From positions 1 to 64,000 of IMG/VR virus record IMGVR_UViG_2529292906_000009: a DNA stretch of 64,000 nt; one strand, 5' to 3'. This stretch comes from a virus. Its lineage: Duplodnaviria; Heunggongvirae; Uroviricota; Caudoviricetes. The position numbers and the translations under genes were made by a program. The notes beneath the pieces were generated by a model that saw nothing but the letters and a program-made list of their open reading frames with translations, was not told where the DNA came from and did not search any database. How positions within the stretch are numbered: position 1 is the first letter of the stretch; each line of letters starts with the position of its first letter. Positions 43,563 through 53,804 of this stretch are shown in pieces.

Positions 43563-45290
43563 TTGTGTTTAAGGAAGAGTAACTTGAGTAACTTACGCGA
43601 ATACCAGAATCGTATTGCAGATATCGCAAAACGCTCTAAAGCCGTTCTTGGCTGGGCAAGTACAGCACAGTTCGGTACTGATAACCAATTCATCAAAGAT
43701 GATGCCGCGCGTGCCGCATCTATCCTTGAAGCTGCACGTAAAGACCCGGTTTTTGCGGGTATCTCTGATAATGCCACCGCTCAAATCGCTACAGCGTGGG
43801 CAAGTGCACTGGCTGACTACGCCGCAGCACATAAATCTATGCCGCGTCCGGAAATTCTGGCCTCCTGCCACCAGACGCTGGAAAACTGCCTGATTGAGTC
43901 CACCCGCAACAGCATGGATGCCACTAATAAAGCGATGCTGGAATCCGTCGCAGCAGAGATGATGAGCGTTTCTGACGGTGTTATGCGTCTGCCTTTATTC
44001 CTCGCGATGATCCTGCCTGTTCAGTTGGGGGCAGCTACCGCTGATGCGTGTACCTTCATTCCGGTTACGCGTGACCAGTCCGACATCTATGAAGTCTTTA
44101 ACGTGGCAGGTTCCTCTTTTGGTTCTTATGCTGCTGGTGATGTTCTGGACATGCAATCCGTCGGTGTGTACAGCCAGTTACGCCGCCGCTATGTGCTGGT
44201 GGCAAGCTCCGATGGCACCAGCAAAACCGCAACCTTCAAGATGGAAGACTTCGAAGGCCAGAATGTACCAATCCGAAAAGGTCGCACTAACATCTACGTT
44301 AACCGTATTAAGTCTGTTGTTGATAACGGTTCCGGCAGCCTACTTCACTCGTTTACTAATGCTGCTGGTGAGCAAATCACTGTTACTTGCTCTCTGAACT
44401 ACAACATTGGTCAGATTGCCCTGTCGTTCTCCAAAGCGCCGGATAAAGGCACTGAGATCGCAATTGAGACGGAAATCAATATTGAAGCCGCTCCTGAGCT
44501 GATCCCGCTGATCAACCACGAAATGAAGAAATACACCCTGTTCCCAAGCCAGTTCGTTATCGCGGCTGAGCACACGGTACAGGCGGCGTATGAAGCACAG
44601 CGTGAATTTGGTCTGGACCTGGGTTCCCTACAGTTCCGCACCCTGAAAGAATACCTGTCCCATGAACAGGATATGTTGCGTCTCCGCATCATGATCTGGC
44701 GTACTCTTGCGACCGACACCTTTGACATCGCTCTGCCGGTTAACCAGTCCTTTGATGTATGGGCAACCATCATTCGTGGCAAATTCCAGACTGTATATCG
44801 CGACATTATTGAGCGCGTTAAATCTTCTGGTGCGATGGGGATGTTTGCTGGCGCTGATGCAGCATCTTTCTTCAAACAGTTGCCGAAGGATTTCTTCCAG
44901 CCAGCCGAAGACTATATCCAGACTCCGTATGTTCACTACATCGGTACCCTGTTCGGTAACGTGAAAGTGTACGAAGTACCTGCTGGTATTTGTAAGAACT
45001 TAACGACAGAGAACATTCAGTTCAGCTCGATGGATGTGCTGTGCTACGTCCGTGATGAAAATCCGGGTAAAGCAGGCTTCGTGACTGGTGATGCTGTCCC
45101 GGCCATCCCGTTCCAGCATCCGACCACTCCGGCGCTGGTCAACCGTACCACGCTGTGGGGTTCGGCTATCAACGATATGCACCCACGCAACGGCGCTGAT
45201 TACTTCACTCGTGTAACGCTGACAATGGCCAAAAAAGGCGGGCTTAACTTTATAAGCGGCGACACGATTGATGCCGGTGACTCTGAGTAA
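43563..45290 (+). CDS. major capsid protein (true start possibly TTG at 43584)
   Basis: About 570-aa ORF directly after parS, as P1 gene 23; AAGGAAG upstream of TTG at 43584. Confidence 0.6.
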   Translation: MCLRKSNLSNLREYQNRIADIAKRSKAVLGWASTAQFGTDNQFIKDDAARAASILEAARKDPVFAGISDNATAQIATAWASALADYAAAHKSMPRPEILASCHQTLENCLIESTRNSMDATNKAMLESVAAEMMSVSDGVMRLPLFLAMILPVQLGAATADACTFIPVTRDQSDIYEVFNVAGSSFGSYAAGDVLDMQSVGVYSQLRRRYVLVASSDGTSKTATFKMEDFEGQNVPIRKGRTNIYVNRIKSVVDNGSGSLLHSFTNAAGEQITVTCSLNYNIGQIALSFSKAPDKGTEIAIETEINIEAAPELIPLINHEMKKYTLFPSQFVIAAEHTVQAAYEAQREFGLDLGSLQFRTLKEYLSHEQDMLRLRIMIWRTLATDTFDIALPVNQSFDVWATIIRGKFQTVYRDIIERVKSSGAMGMFAGADAASFFKQLPKDFFQPAEDYIQTPYVHYIGTLFGNVKVYEVPAGICKNLTTENIQFSSMDVLCYVRDENPGKAGFVTGDAVPAIPFQHPTTPALVNRTTLWGSAINDMHPRNGADYFTRVTLTMAKKGGLNFISGDTIDAGDSE

Positions 45291-45350
45291 TCAGGGGAAG
45301 TTCTCCGTTTAACATAGCGCCCCCGTGCGGGGCGCATAACAGGGAAAGTT

Positions 45351-46940
45351 ATGTCTCAATATTCAATTCAACAGTCATTAGGTAATGCATCCGGCGTCGC
45401 TGTTAGCCCGATCAATGCCGATGCGACGTTATCTACCGGTGTTGCATTAAATAGCAGCTTGTGGGCTGGTATTGGCGTATTTGCGCGTGGCAAGCCGTTT
45501 ACTGTTCTTGCGGTTACTGAGTCCAATTACGAAGATGTTCTCGGCGAACCGCTGAAGCCGTCTTCCGGCTCACAGTTCGAACCAATTCGCCACGTATACG
45601 AAGCTATTCAGCAAACGTCAGGTTATGTTGTTCGTGCTGTTCCGGATGATGCGAAGTTCCCGATTATTATGTTCGATGAATCAGGCGAACCGGCTTACAG
45701 TGCGTTGCCATACGGTTCTGAAATTGAACTTGATAGTGGCGAAGCCTTTGCTATCTACGTTGATGATGGTGATCCGTGTATTTCACCTACCCGTGAGTTA
45801 ACCATCGAAACGGCAACAGCGGACAGCGCGGGTAATGAACGCTTCCTCTTAAAACTGACCCAGACGACTTCGCTCGGCGTGGTAACGACCCTGGAGACAC
45901 ACACTGTGTCTTTGGCGGAAGAAGCGAAAGATGACATGGGCCGCTTGTGTTATCTGCCTACGGCTCTGGAAGCCCGTTCTAAATATCTGCGCGCGGTTGT
46001 TAATGAAGAGCTGATTTCGACGGCGAAAGTAACAAATAAAAAATCGCTGGCGTTCACTGGCGGTACCAACGGCGATCAGTCGAACATTTCCACTGCTGCT
46101 TACCTGCGTGCGGTGAAAGTGCTGAACAATGCGCCGTACATGTACACCGCTGTTCTCGGCCTGGGCTGCTATGACAATGCGGCTATCACCGCATTAGGTA
46201 AAATCTGTGCAGATCGCCTGATTGATGGCTTCTTTGATGTCAAACCGACATTGACGTATACGGAAGCGCTCTCTGCTGTTGAAGATACCGGTTTACTTGG
46301 TACCGATTATGTAAGCTGTGCTGTCTATCACTTCCCGTTCTCCTGCAAAGACAAATGGACCCAATCCCGTGTGGTCTTCGGTCTGTCTGGCGCGGCGTAT
46401 GCGGCGAAAGCTCGTGGCGTCAAGAAAAACTCTGATGTCGGCGGTTGGCATTACTCACCGGCTGGTGAAGAACGTGCCGTCATTGCTCGTGCGTCAATTC
46501 AACCGCTGTATCCGGAAGATACCCCGGACGAAGAAGCAATGGTTAAGGGCCGCCTCAATAAAGTATCTGTTGGCACCTCTGGCCAGATGATCATCGACGA
46601 TGCTTTAACTTGCTGCACGCAGGATAACTATCTGCACTTCCAGCACGTCCCATCCCTGATGAATGCAATCAGCCGTTTCTTTGTCCAGTTAGCCCGCCAG
46701 ATGAAGCATAGCCCTGACGGTATTACTGCCGCTGGTCTGACTAAAGGGATGACCAAACTTTTGGATCGCTTTGTCGCCTCCGGCGCTCTGGTGGCTCCTC
46801 GTGATCCTGATGCTGACGGTACAGAACCGTATGTGCTGAAAGTTACGCAGGCGGAATTCGATAAATGGGAAGTAGTCTGGGCCTGCTGCCCGACTGGCGT
46901 AGCCCGTCGTATCCAGGGCGTACCGCTGCTTATTAAGTAA
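45351..46940 (+). CDS. contractile tail sheath protein
   Basis: 529-aa ORF downstream of the capsid gene, as P1 gene 22. Confidence 0.6.
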   Translation: MSQYSIQQSLGNASGVAVSPINADATLSTGVALNSSLWAGIGVFARGKPFTVLAVTESNYEDVLGEPLKPSSGSQFEPIRHVYEAIQQTSGYVVRAVPDDAKFPIIMFDESGEPAYSALPYGSEIELDSGEAFAIYVDDGDPCISPTRELTIETATADSAGNERFLLKLTQTTSLGVVTTLETHTVSLAEEAKDDMGRLCYLPTALEARSKYLRAVVNEELISTAKVTNKKSLAFTGGTNGDQSNISTAAYLRAVKVLNNAPYMYTAVLGLGCYDNAAITALGKICADRLIDGFFDVKPTLTYTEALSAVEDTGLLGTDYVSCAVYHFPFSCKDKWTQSRVVFGLSGAAYAAKARGVKKNSDVGGWHYSPAGEERAVIARASIQPLYPEDTPDEEAMVKGRLNKVSVGTSGQMIIDDALTCCTQDNYLHFQHVPSLMNAISRFFVQLARQMKHSPDGITAAGLTKGMTKLLDRFVASGALVAPRDPDADGTEPYVLKVTQAEFDKWEVVWACCPTGVARRIQGVPLLIK

Positions 46941-46949
46941 GGGAATACA

Positions 46950-47765
46950 ATGAGCAAAAACTTTTTTCAATCCGGGGCATTTTTGGGGAATGGACTGTCC
47001 CGTTTCGCTTTGAACTCTGATCCTGTGCAGCTGATGGAGTCTGCCCGAGCAAGCGCCGAACCGCCAACAGATCCGGTTATTAATAATAATCCGGAACCGG
47101 CGGCACAGACTAACGATAACGTTCCATCTGCCCCGGCTCCTGAGCAAATCCTGGAAGGGAAAGACGGTAAAGAATGGACCGTCGAACAGGCGCACCAGAT
47201 GATTCTGGAAGCTGCAAATCGAAGTGCTATGCAGAATGCGTTGAGTGATGCGGCCGACGCCGTTTTCGCCTGGGCTGATAGCGGTGATCTGACTTTCGAC
47301 TCCCTTGATGGTTTCGTTCAGGCTATCGCTGGTATCTCTGATGACGACGACTCCGAAGTTACAGAAGAACAGGACGATGCCTATAACGAAGCATGGGCAA
47401 ATGTTGCTGACTTCCTCGCAGCATGCGGTGTAGATGATGACCTGATCGAAGCACTGGCTGACGATGAAGACGACGACGCAGCCGCTGATGTTGGTGCCTC
47501 TATCGCTGGTTTAGATAGCGACGACCGTGACGAACTGGAAGCGGCGTTTGTTGTTGCTGGCACTTCTGATGAAATGCTGACTGAAGCATTTAAGAAGGTT
47601 GTTCGTAACGGTGAGATCAAACTCATCCGTAAACGCCTGCGTAAAAAACGTCTGACTGCGGCTCAAAAATCGGCGCTGAAAAAAGCGCGTCGAAAAGCCC
47701 AGACCGGCGCGGCAAAACTTGCCCGCAAAAAGTCAATGAAACTGCGCCGTAAGCGCCTTGGCTAA
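46950..47765 (+). CDS. acidic virion-associated protein with basic C-terminal tail
   Basis: Asp/Glu-rich core and Lys/Arg-rich C-terminus. Confidence 0.4.
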   Translation: MSKNFFQSGAFLGNGLSRFALNSDPVQLMESARASAEPPTDPVINNNPEPAAQTNDNVPSAPAPEQILEGKDGKEWTVEQAHQMILEAANRSAMQNALSDAADAVFAWADSGDLTFDSLDGFVQAIAGISDDDDSEVTEEQDDAYNEAWANVADFLAACGVDDDLIEALADDEDDDAAADVGASIAGLDSDDRDELEAAFVVAGTSDEMLTEAFKKVVRNGEIKLIRKRLRKKRLTAAQKSALKKARRKAQTGAAKLARKKSMKLRRKRLG

Positions 47766-47800
47766 AGGAGGAGGCCGGAGAACTCCGGCCTTTAACTTGA

Positions 47801-48382
47801 ATGGCACCTATACCTTATGGGGTTTACAGCCAGGCTGACGGTGTATCGCCATATCTGAAAGTTACTTTAACGAACTCTCAGTACCAGGTTACCGGATATA
47901 TCAGCCAGGGAGCGGCAATGAACATGGCCCAGAATTGGGAAGCGCCGTTTACCGGTATGTCCATGGGATCTGTTTCTGGTGCTCTGGGTGGTTTTGTGCA
48001 AGTAGGTACTGAAACAACATCGGTTGCCCGTTGGAATAGCTTAATGGTTTGGGAAGGGGGGACTCCGCCGACGTTCACGCTGCCTGTAACTTTCATTGCT
48101 TTGAACAATCCATTCATTGAAGTTTCAGGCGCTATCGCCGCGTTGACAGCCATGATTAGCCCGGAACTAAAAGCGGCCAATGTTGGTGGTCGAATCCCGG
48201 AGCGCGTGACGCTAAACATTGGTCGCCGGATCAACATCACCGATGTCGCCATCCAGGACTTAAGTTTTGATCTCGATGCGCCAAGGGACAGTAATGGATA
48301 TTTCCTGAAAAACACCGTCAACCTCCAGTTGACCGGTTCTTCGATATATAACAGCTCCGATATTGTTCGGGCGTTCCAGTAA
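47801..48382 (+). CDS. putative tail tube-like protein
   Basis: Size and position after the sheath gene. Confidence 0.35.
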   Translation: MAPIPYGVYSQADGVSPYLKVTLTNSQYQVTGYISQGAAMNMAQNWEAPFTGMSMGSVSGALGGFVQVGTETTSVARWNSLMVWEGGTPPTFTLPVTFIALNNPFIEVSGAIAALTAMISPELKAANVGGRIPERVTLNIGRRINITDVAIQDLSFDLDAPRDSNGYFLKNTVNLQLTGSSIYNSSDIVRAFQ

Positions 48383-48393
48383 AAGGATTTTAT

Positions 48394-48903
48394 ATGGGGC
48401 ACAATAACACTAAGGGAAACCGTAAATTTATTAAGGGCCGCTATACTGCCAACGCGGCCAAAGGTGAACGACTGGTATCTTCTGAATTCCAGCTCACTTT
48501 TGCTGGCCATGAAGATATCAGCGTACTGGTTCGCACGTCGCAAATCCCTGAAATGACCCGCGAGGATGTGGAGGACTATGGTCCGAATGGTGTGAAGTTC
48601 AACCAGCACGGTCCAATTCGAAACTCTGGGGAAATCCAGGTCCAGTGCGTGGAGACTATCGAAGGTGATATTCTTCAGTTCATTAAGGATCGCATTGCGG
48701 CGAAGGACTATGTTGATATCACGATGGCTGCGACCCCTGAATCCAAATCTTCCGGGGTTAACGCTGTGACAAAAGCTGCTACAACAATTGAAATGTTGGA
48801 CTGCAAAATCTACAGTGATGCAATCGACTTTAGTACCGAAGATGTGACTGCCGCTGTGCGCCCGTCACTTCGTATCGTCTACAACTGGATTGATTGGGAT
48901 TAA
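48394..48903 (+). CDS. putative tail protein
   Basis: ORF ending at a rho-independent terminator. Confidence 0.35.
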   Translation: MGHNNTKGNRKFIKGRYTANAAKGERLVSSEFQLTFAGHEDISVLVRTSQIPEMTREDVEDYGPNGVKFNQHGPIRNSGEIQVQCVETIEGDILQFIKDRIAAKDYVDITMAATPESKSSGVNAVTKAATTIEMLDCKIYSDAIDFSTEDVTAAVRPSLRIVYNWIDWD

Positions 48904-48922
48904 GAGTCATCCCTTGTATTTT

Positions 48923-48947
48923 AAAGCTCCTACGGGAGCTTTTTTTA
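48923..48947 (+). terminator. rho-independent terminator
   Basis: agctcc-tacg-ggagct hairpin followed by TTTTTT. Confidence 0.7.
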
Positions 48948-49074
48948 TAACTATTTTATATAAAAATGCATCGATAACATTGTCTGGAGTTTTATGTTAG
49001 ATTATTAATGTTCTAATAAACTACAATTATTGAGGTAGATGTTTGTGCCTGTACTGTTAAAGGGGGACTCTAAA

Positions 49075-49671
49075 ATGGCTGTGATTCCAATGTCGTACTC
49101 CCCGGGTACTGTCGCTCGTCGATTTTCGATCCTGGACGGAGTTACCATCCAGGGTGTGCTTTACCAGGTTATATGGGATTCCAAAACCCCATTTGCAGCT
49201 GTAATAGAGGCTGCGCCTTCTGTTATCGATGGTGATATGCGCCATAAGGTTGTCGCTACTCTTGAACTTCAACGTCGTCCGCAGCTTGAAGGCGTACTGG
49301 TAAGGAAGTTTTGGGAGGATAGCGATGTTGCCCAGATTGAAGGTATTGTGGTTGATGGAACTGTCCGGGATGTAGGTTTAGCTACTTTTGTTTACGAAAC
49401 CGTAGCCTCAAAAGCTGGTGTTGTTTTGCTCAGTGATAATGAGCAATACGAAGGTGGAAAAGCTCTTTGGCAACACATCGCCCGTCGCTCTTCCGAGCTA
49501 AAAGTGTTTATCCTCGACACCGATGCCGCTCAGTATTACCCGTTTGACGGCGAACGTGTTTGCTATGACGGGGTAAGTATTCCTGAATCCGAGATATGGA
49601 GTGAACACCCAGATCGAAGTAAGCATGGGGTTGTTCTGGTCGCTGAATCCATAACTGGAAAGGCGGCATAG
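49075..49671 (+). CDS. hypothetical protein (198 aa), independently transcribed
   Basis: AAGGGGGA 7 nt upstream of ATG; preceded by a terminator and a weak operator-like motif. Confidence 0.45.
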   Translation: MAVIPMSYSPGTVARRFSILDGVTIQGVLYQVIWDSKTPFAAVIEAAPSVIDGDMRHKVVATLELQRRPQLEGVLVRKFWEDSDVAQIEGIVVDGTVRDVGLATFVYETVASKAGVVLLSDNEQYEGGKALWQHIARRSSELKVFILDTDAAQYYPFDGERVCYDGVSIPESEIWSEHPDRSKHGVVLVAESITGKAA

Positions 49672-49961
49672 CAGTAAAAAATTCCTTACCCCTTAAAAGG
49701 GGAGAGGGTTAATCTACGTATGCTAAGCATAGATGTGGCCTCAGATTAATGTTAAGCGTCTTGCCGGACGCGTAATGTTATCTGGGGCTTTCTTCTGTTA
49801 TTTGTTTGAGTGCTAGGTAGCAAAGAGAGCTAGTATTCATCAGGCAAATCTATCAATAAATAGCGTTAGTTTTTGTTGTGTGTATGTTTCTTTATTGTTA
49901 TTGTGCTGTTTGTTTTTTAGGCGGCACAATTCCTATAATCTATAGAATAAAGGAAGTATAT

Positions 49962-50249
49962 ATGGCTGATGTACGCATTACTTGCATTACCCTCTCCGGC
50001 TCGCAATCAATCCATGAGCATATTACTCATGTGGGAAGTCCTCAATTTAATACTGGCAATGGGAAATGGACTGTTGAGCAGGTGATTAATGCTATTGATA
50101 ATAATCTCCATACATTCTATGTAACAGATAATGCAGGTAATCGTGTAGAAGTTGGGGTCGTTAATCCTGGTAATGGTGGAAGGCAGTTTATTAGAACGTA
50201 TGCAGACAATCGATGGAATAATAATTTACTATCGCTACCAATCTGTTAA
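49962..50249 (+). CDS. DUF3892-like small protein (95 aa), moron
   Basis: HEHITHVG...W...FYV...NNLLSLPxC pattern; AT-rich upstream region with TATAAT and AGGAAG; terminator downstream. Confidence 0.55.
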   Translation: MADVRITCITLSGSQSIHEHITHVGSPQFNTGNGKWTVEQVINAIDNNLHTFYVTDNAGNRVEVGVVNPGNGGRQFIRTYADNRWNNNLLSLPIC

Positions 50250-50260
50250 TGTAATTTTAT

Positions 50261-50295
50261 AAAAAAGGCTGCAACCTCTGTTGCAGCCTTTTTTC
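50261..50295. terminator. bidirectional rho-independent terminator
   Basis: aggctgcaac-ctct-gttgcagcct hairpin flanked by A-run and T-run. Confidence 0.75.
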
Positions 50296-50319
50296 AGCCA
50301 TTATGACTGAGATAAGCCA

Positions 50320-51330
50320 CTATAAACTCTGAACAAGACGTTCAATTGCTGCACCATATCTTTCTAATGGTTCATTATTGATTTGTGGCTCAGTGTCATG
50401 GATCTGATATCTGCCGGGTTTTATATCAAATAGAGGTCTTCCTAGATGGGAAGATACTATAGCTACGGAATGGTTATCTGGCACAGTAAACGTTTTTAAA
50501 TTTCCGCCTTGGAACGCTGTTGGTTTATTCGTCCGCAGATTTTCAGCTCTATCCCTGATTTCGTCGAACATTGCCGAAAACGCTTTACTTGCTCGTTTGT
50601 CATACTCTGTCGAACGATTAAAAACTAGAGAATGAATGACAGGAACCGCTAGACCAAACTGTTGACACCGATCGTAAAAGTTAACAGAACGATAATCGTT
50701 TTGTACTCCAACGCCATAAACCAACTGGCTTAGGTTATCCACTGCTCGAGCCGAAGAACCATCACTTGAGCAAGGTATTATAATTGCATTTGCTGCTATC
50801 AGTGATAGTTCGGTATAGGCAGAGAAACTGGGGTTGCAATCAATAAAGCAAATGGTTTCTTCGATACCTTGTTGTTGTGCACATGCAACAAGCAAATCTC
50901 GTAGCCACAGGTGGATGCTTTTCCATGAGTCAACTGGTAAGTTTACGCTGCTTAACTGATTGATTACTTGCGCCTGAACTTCCAGGCTTGGGTCGCCTGC
51001 AATCAAAAATACATTGTCAGGGACATGCCCGTTAATTTCAGAGACATGAATTAAGAAACTTGTTTCTGAACCGGTAAGCATGTGGGGGCTGCGAGTTCTT
51101 CTGTCAAAGTACCCACCGACAGTTTTTCGTTGTTGAATTAAGCTCGCGAGGTTAGCAGCACCAGTACCGTTACCGCCGAGCAATATTTCAGATAAGTTAG
51201 CCTGCGGACACATATCTGCAAAAATAATACGCTTTTCTGGATTTTGCCTTGCGTATTCACAGGCCATAGCGAAAGATAAGTAGGTCTTTCCTACGCCACC
51301 TTTATTATTCCAAATAGCATACGATTTCAT
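50320..51330 (-). CDS. orphan ParA/MinD-family ATPase with C-terminal extension
   Basis: Deviant Walker A AIWNNKGGVGKT; no adjacent ParB-like gene. Confidence 0.6.
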   Translation of the reverse strand: MKSYAIWNNKGGVGKTYLSFAMACEYARQNPEKRIIFADMCPQANLSEILLGGNGTGAANLASLIQQRKTVGGYFDRRTRSPHMLTGSETSFLIHVSEINGHVPDNVFLIAGDPSLEVQAQVINQLSSVNLPVDSWKSIHLWLRDLLVACAQQQGIEETICFIDCNPSFSAYTELSLIAANAIIIPCSSDGSSARAVDNLSQLVYGVGVQNDYRSVNFYDRCQQFGLAVPVIHSLVFNRSTEYDKRASKAFSAMFDEIRDRAENLRTNKPTAFQGGNLKTFTVPDNHSVAIVSSHLGRPLFDIKPGRYQIHDTEPQINNEPLERYGAAIERLVQSL

Positions 51331-51638
51331 GGTATCCCCGGCGTTATCTGCTGTTTGTGTGCCAGCATAAGTCATTATGCATCTCCATTACTATCCATGA
51401 ATTGAGTCAAAAAATATGTAAAAGTAGCAATGTATCACTCTTTTACTCATTATAAACGTTACAAGTTGTGATGGTTAGCTGTGTTTTTATCAGTACAAGT
51501 TTTGATCTGGCTTTGGGTTTTTATATATGGATATGTCTCAAAGATGCCCTGCAAAAGCGATCGCTAACTGTAAAAAATCAGATTGCATCTCCGACCTCAA
51601 ACTGAAAACGCCAGGTGACTCCAGATTAGAGCAATCTA

Positions 51639-51908
51639 TCACCCTCTGAATCCTGCCGGTATACCCCATTGTTCGTTATCTTTATTTTTGGCTAAAACCG
51701 CATTAAGAGCTTCGTTTACCGTCATGCAATGCGGCAGATTATCGAAGTTTGATATCCCGCCAATATCAGGAGAACGCTTGTCCTTCAGGTAAGCATATTT
51801 CCGCGCTGCCGCCTCTACTTTCTGCTTGAACTCATGTTTTTGAGCGCGTTTTTTGGATAACCGCAGATTGTCAGCCTTTGCTTTTGCCTCAGCGATCCAT
51901 GAAGTCAA
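51639..51908 (-). CDS. small hypothetical protein
   Basis: 89-aa ORF downstream of the repL-like gene. Confidence 0.4.
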   Translation of the reverse strand: MTSWIAEAKAKADNLRLSKKRAQKHEFKQKVEAAARKYAYLKDKRSPDIGGISNFDNLPHCMTVNEALNAVLAKNKDNEQWGIPAGFRG

Positions 51909-52483
51909 TTTTTTGAGTCTGGTCGTTCCGGCACCGCCGGAAACTGATCTTTTTGTTTTTTAACTTGTGACTTCTTATTCTTTATTGCCACGTCATCCTG
52001 ACAGGGGGAGGGGGTATCATTTTGACATGGGGGTGTGGATAAAAAATTAAATAAAGCCAATGTCTTAGCGAGAACAGCTTTAACCTTGGTTGCCGCTGAA
52101 GAGATCTTTAATTTGCTTTCAATCAGCGCATTTTTGGCTTGTTGTGCGAAGGCCAAAAAGGATGGTGTAAACCGGTACAGGTTAGCGCGACGTTCACGGT
52201 GATCGCCGATAACAATCTCTACAGACAGGATTCCTTTGTTTACAGCTTCACGGAATGCACGAACGACGGTTGATTGGCTATAACCAGTTTCTGCCGCGAT
52301 CAGGCGGTGAGGCTTGTGAATGAAGTATTCACTGGTTGTTGCCGCGAGATTTGCACATTGCGACAGGATATGCCAGGCGCTACGGGATAGACCGGAGTGT
52401 GTTACAAAGCAGGCCAATTCATAGCCAGAAAAAGTAAAATCGCTCATCGTTATACAGCTCAGGAAAGTGACTTTAGCCAGCAT
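51905..52483 (-). CDS. HTH protein, RepL-like (lytic replicon position)
   Basis: HTH YSQSTVVRAFREAVNKGIL; sits downstream of kilA as P1 repL does, but is shorter than recalled RepL. Confidence 0.4.
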   Translation of the reverse strand: MLAKVTFLSCITMSDFTFSGYELACFVTHSGLSRSAWHILSQCANLAATTSEYFIHKPHRLIAAETGYSQSTVVRAFREAVNKGILSVEIVIGDHRERRANLYRFTPSFLAFAQQAKNALIESKLKISSAATKVKAVLAKTLALFNFLSTPPCQNDTPSPCQDDVAIKNKKSQVKKQKDQFPAVPERPDSKN

Positions 52484-52512
52484 TACAATGCTGGTGGTTC
52501 TTACTACGTCTG

Positions 52513-53075
52513 TTAGCGCGTTGCCGCGACAGGTACCAGCACACCAGCATCAAGCAATCGCTTCATCAGCCACTGCTGACCCTTGCCGGTTATACGAGTC
52601 GTGAAAGAAATCCTGCTTCCATTGCTTGTATCGATCACGGTTTCTTTAAGGGTGAAATACCCACGGGATATGTATTCTTGTTTGGGGACGTTCCTGCGTT
52701 CACCGGTTGCGATCAGAATTCCGTTATCACGCAACCAGGTGAAGAGATAGTTTTGGCCCAGGCCGAGCACTTTGGCATAGTTGCCGATTAGAACCCCGCT
52801 GGCGGTAGCAACGCGTTCGGCGAATTCGACTTTAGGTGCATCCATAAGCATTTTTTGCTCCAGCCGTTGCTTTTGCTCTGCCAGGTCGGCAGCCAAACGG
52901 AGAGCTTCAGGGAGACTCTGCGGAATAGCAGGTTGTAATCTTCCGGCTCGATAGTCGATAAATGTCTGGTTTACCTTCAGCCGAAACGCGGGAGAAATCC
53001 AGCCTGCGTACTCCACAGCGAGCAATTCATGGGCAAAAGTGCCGCCGCCACGGCCTTCGAACGAAACTATGCAAT
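52513..53075 (-). pseudogene. kilA: kilA C-terminal fragment (ANT/KilA-C domain), separated from its N-terminus by IS200
   Basis: KilA-N tail ...GGGTFAHELLAVEYAGWISPAF plus ANT-C-like domain; 5' end abuts the IS200-like element. Confidence 0.55.
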
Positions 53076-53079
53076 TCTG

Positions 53080-53800
53080 CATAGTTTCTTTTTGTGCACA
53101 GAAAACCCCCAGCTAGGCTGGGGGTTCCGGAAAGCTTTCAGCTTTGAGCCAGTTATTAAAACCCCTTTTGATTTGTTAAAACACCTTGCGGTCTGGCAAC
53201 TGCAAGTGTCAAACAAGAAATCAAAAGGGGGTCCCAATGGGGAACGAAAAGAGCTTAGCGCACACCCGATGGAACTGTAAATATCACATAGTTTTTGCGC
53301 CAAAATACCGAAGACAAGTGTTCTACAGAGAGAAACGTAGAGCAATAGGCAGTATTTTGAGAAAGCTGTGCGAGTGGAAAAGCGTACGGATTCTTGAAGC
53401 TGAATGCTGTGCAGATCATATCCATATGCTTGTGGAGATCCCGCCCAAAATGAGCGTATCCGGCTTTATGGGATATCTGAAAGGGAAAAGCAGTCTGATG
53501 CTTTACGAGCAGTTTGGTGATTTGAAATTCAAATACAGGAACAGGGAGTTCTGGTGCAGAGGGTACTACGTCGATACGGTGGGTAAGAACACGGCGAAGA
53601 TACAGGATTACATAAAGCACCAGCTTGAAGAGGATAAAATGGGAGAGCAGTTATCGATTCCCTATCCGGGCAGCCCGTTTACGGGCCGTAAGTAACGAAG
53701 TTGGATGCAAATGTCAGATCGTGTGCGCCTGTTAGGGCGCGGCTGGTAAGAGAGCCTTATAGGCGCATTTGAAAAACCTCCGGCTATGCCGGAGGATATT
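53080..53800 (+). mobile_element. IS200-like element (IS200/IS605 family), boundaries approximate
   Basis: Y1 transposase gene preceded by a perfect hairpin aacccccagc-tagg-ctgggggtt; about 709 bp would restore the kilA frame. Confidence 0.7.
53237..53695 (+). CDS. tnpA: IS200 transposase TnpA (Y1 HuH, 152 aa)
   Basis: MGNEKSLAHTRWNCKYHIVFAPKYRR... recognised as IS200-type TnpA with HxH and catalytic Tyr region. Confidence 0.85.
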   Translation: MGNEKSLAHTRWNCKYHIVFAPKYRRQVFYREKRRAIGSILRKLCEWKSVRILEAECCADHIHMLVEIPPKMSVSGFMGYLKGKSSLMLYEQFGDLKFKYRNREFWCRGYYVDTVGKNTAKIQDYIKHQLEEDKMGEQLSIPYPGSPFTGRK

Positions 53801-53804
53801 TATT

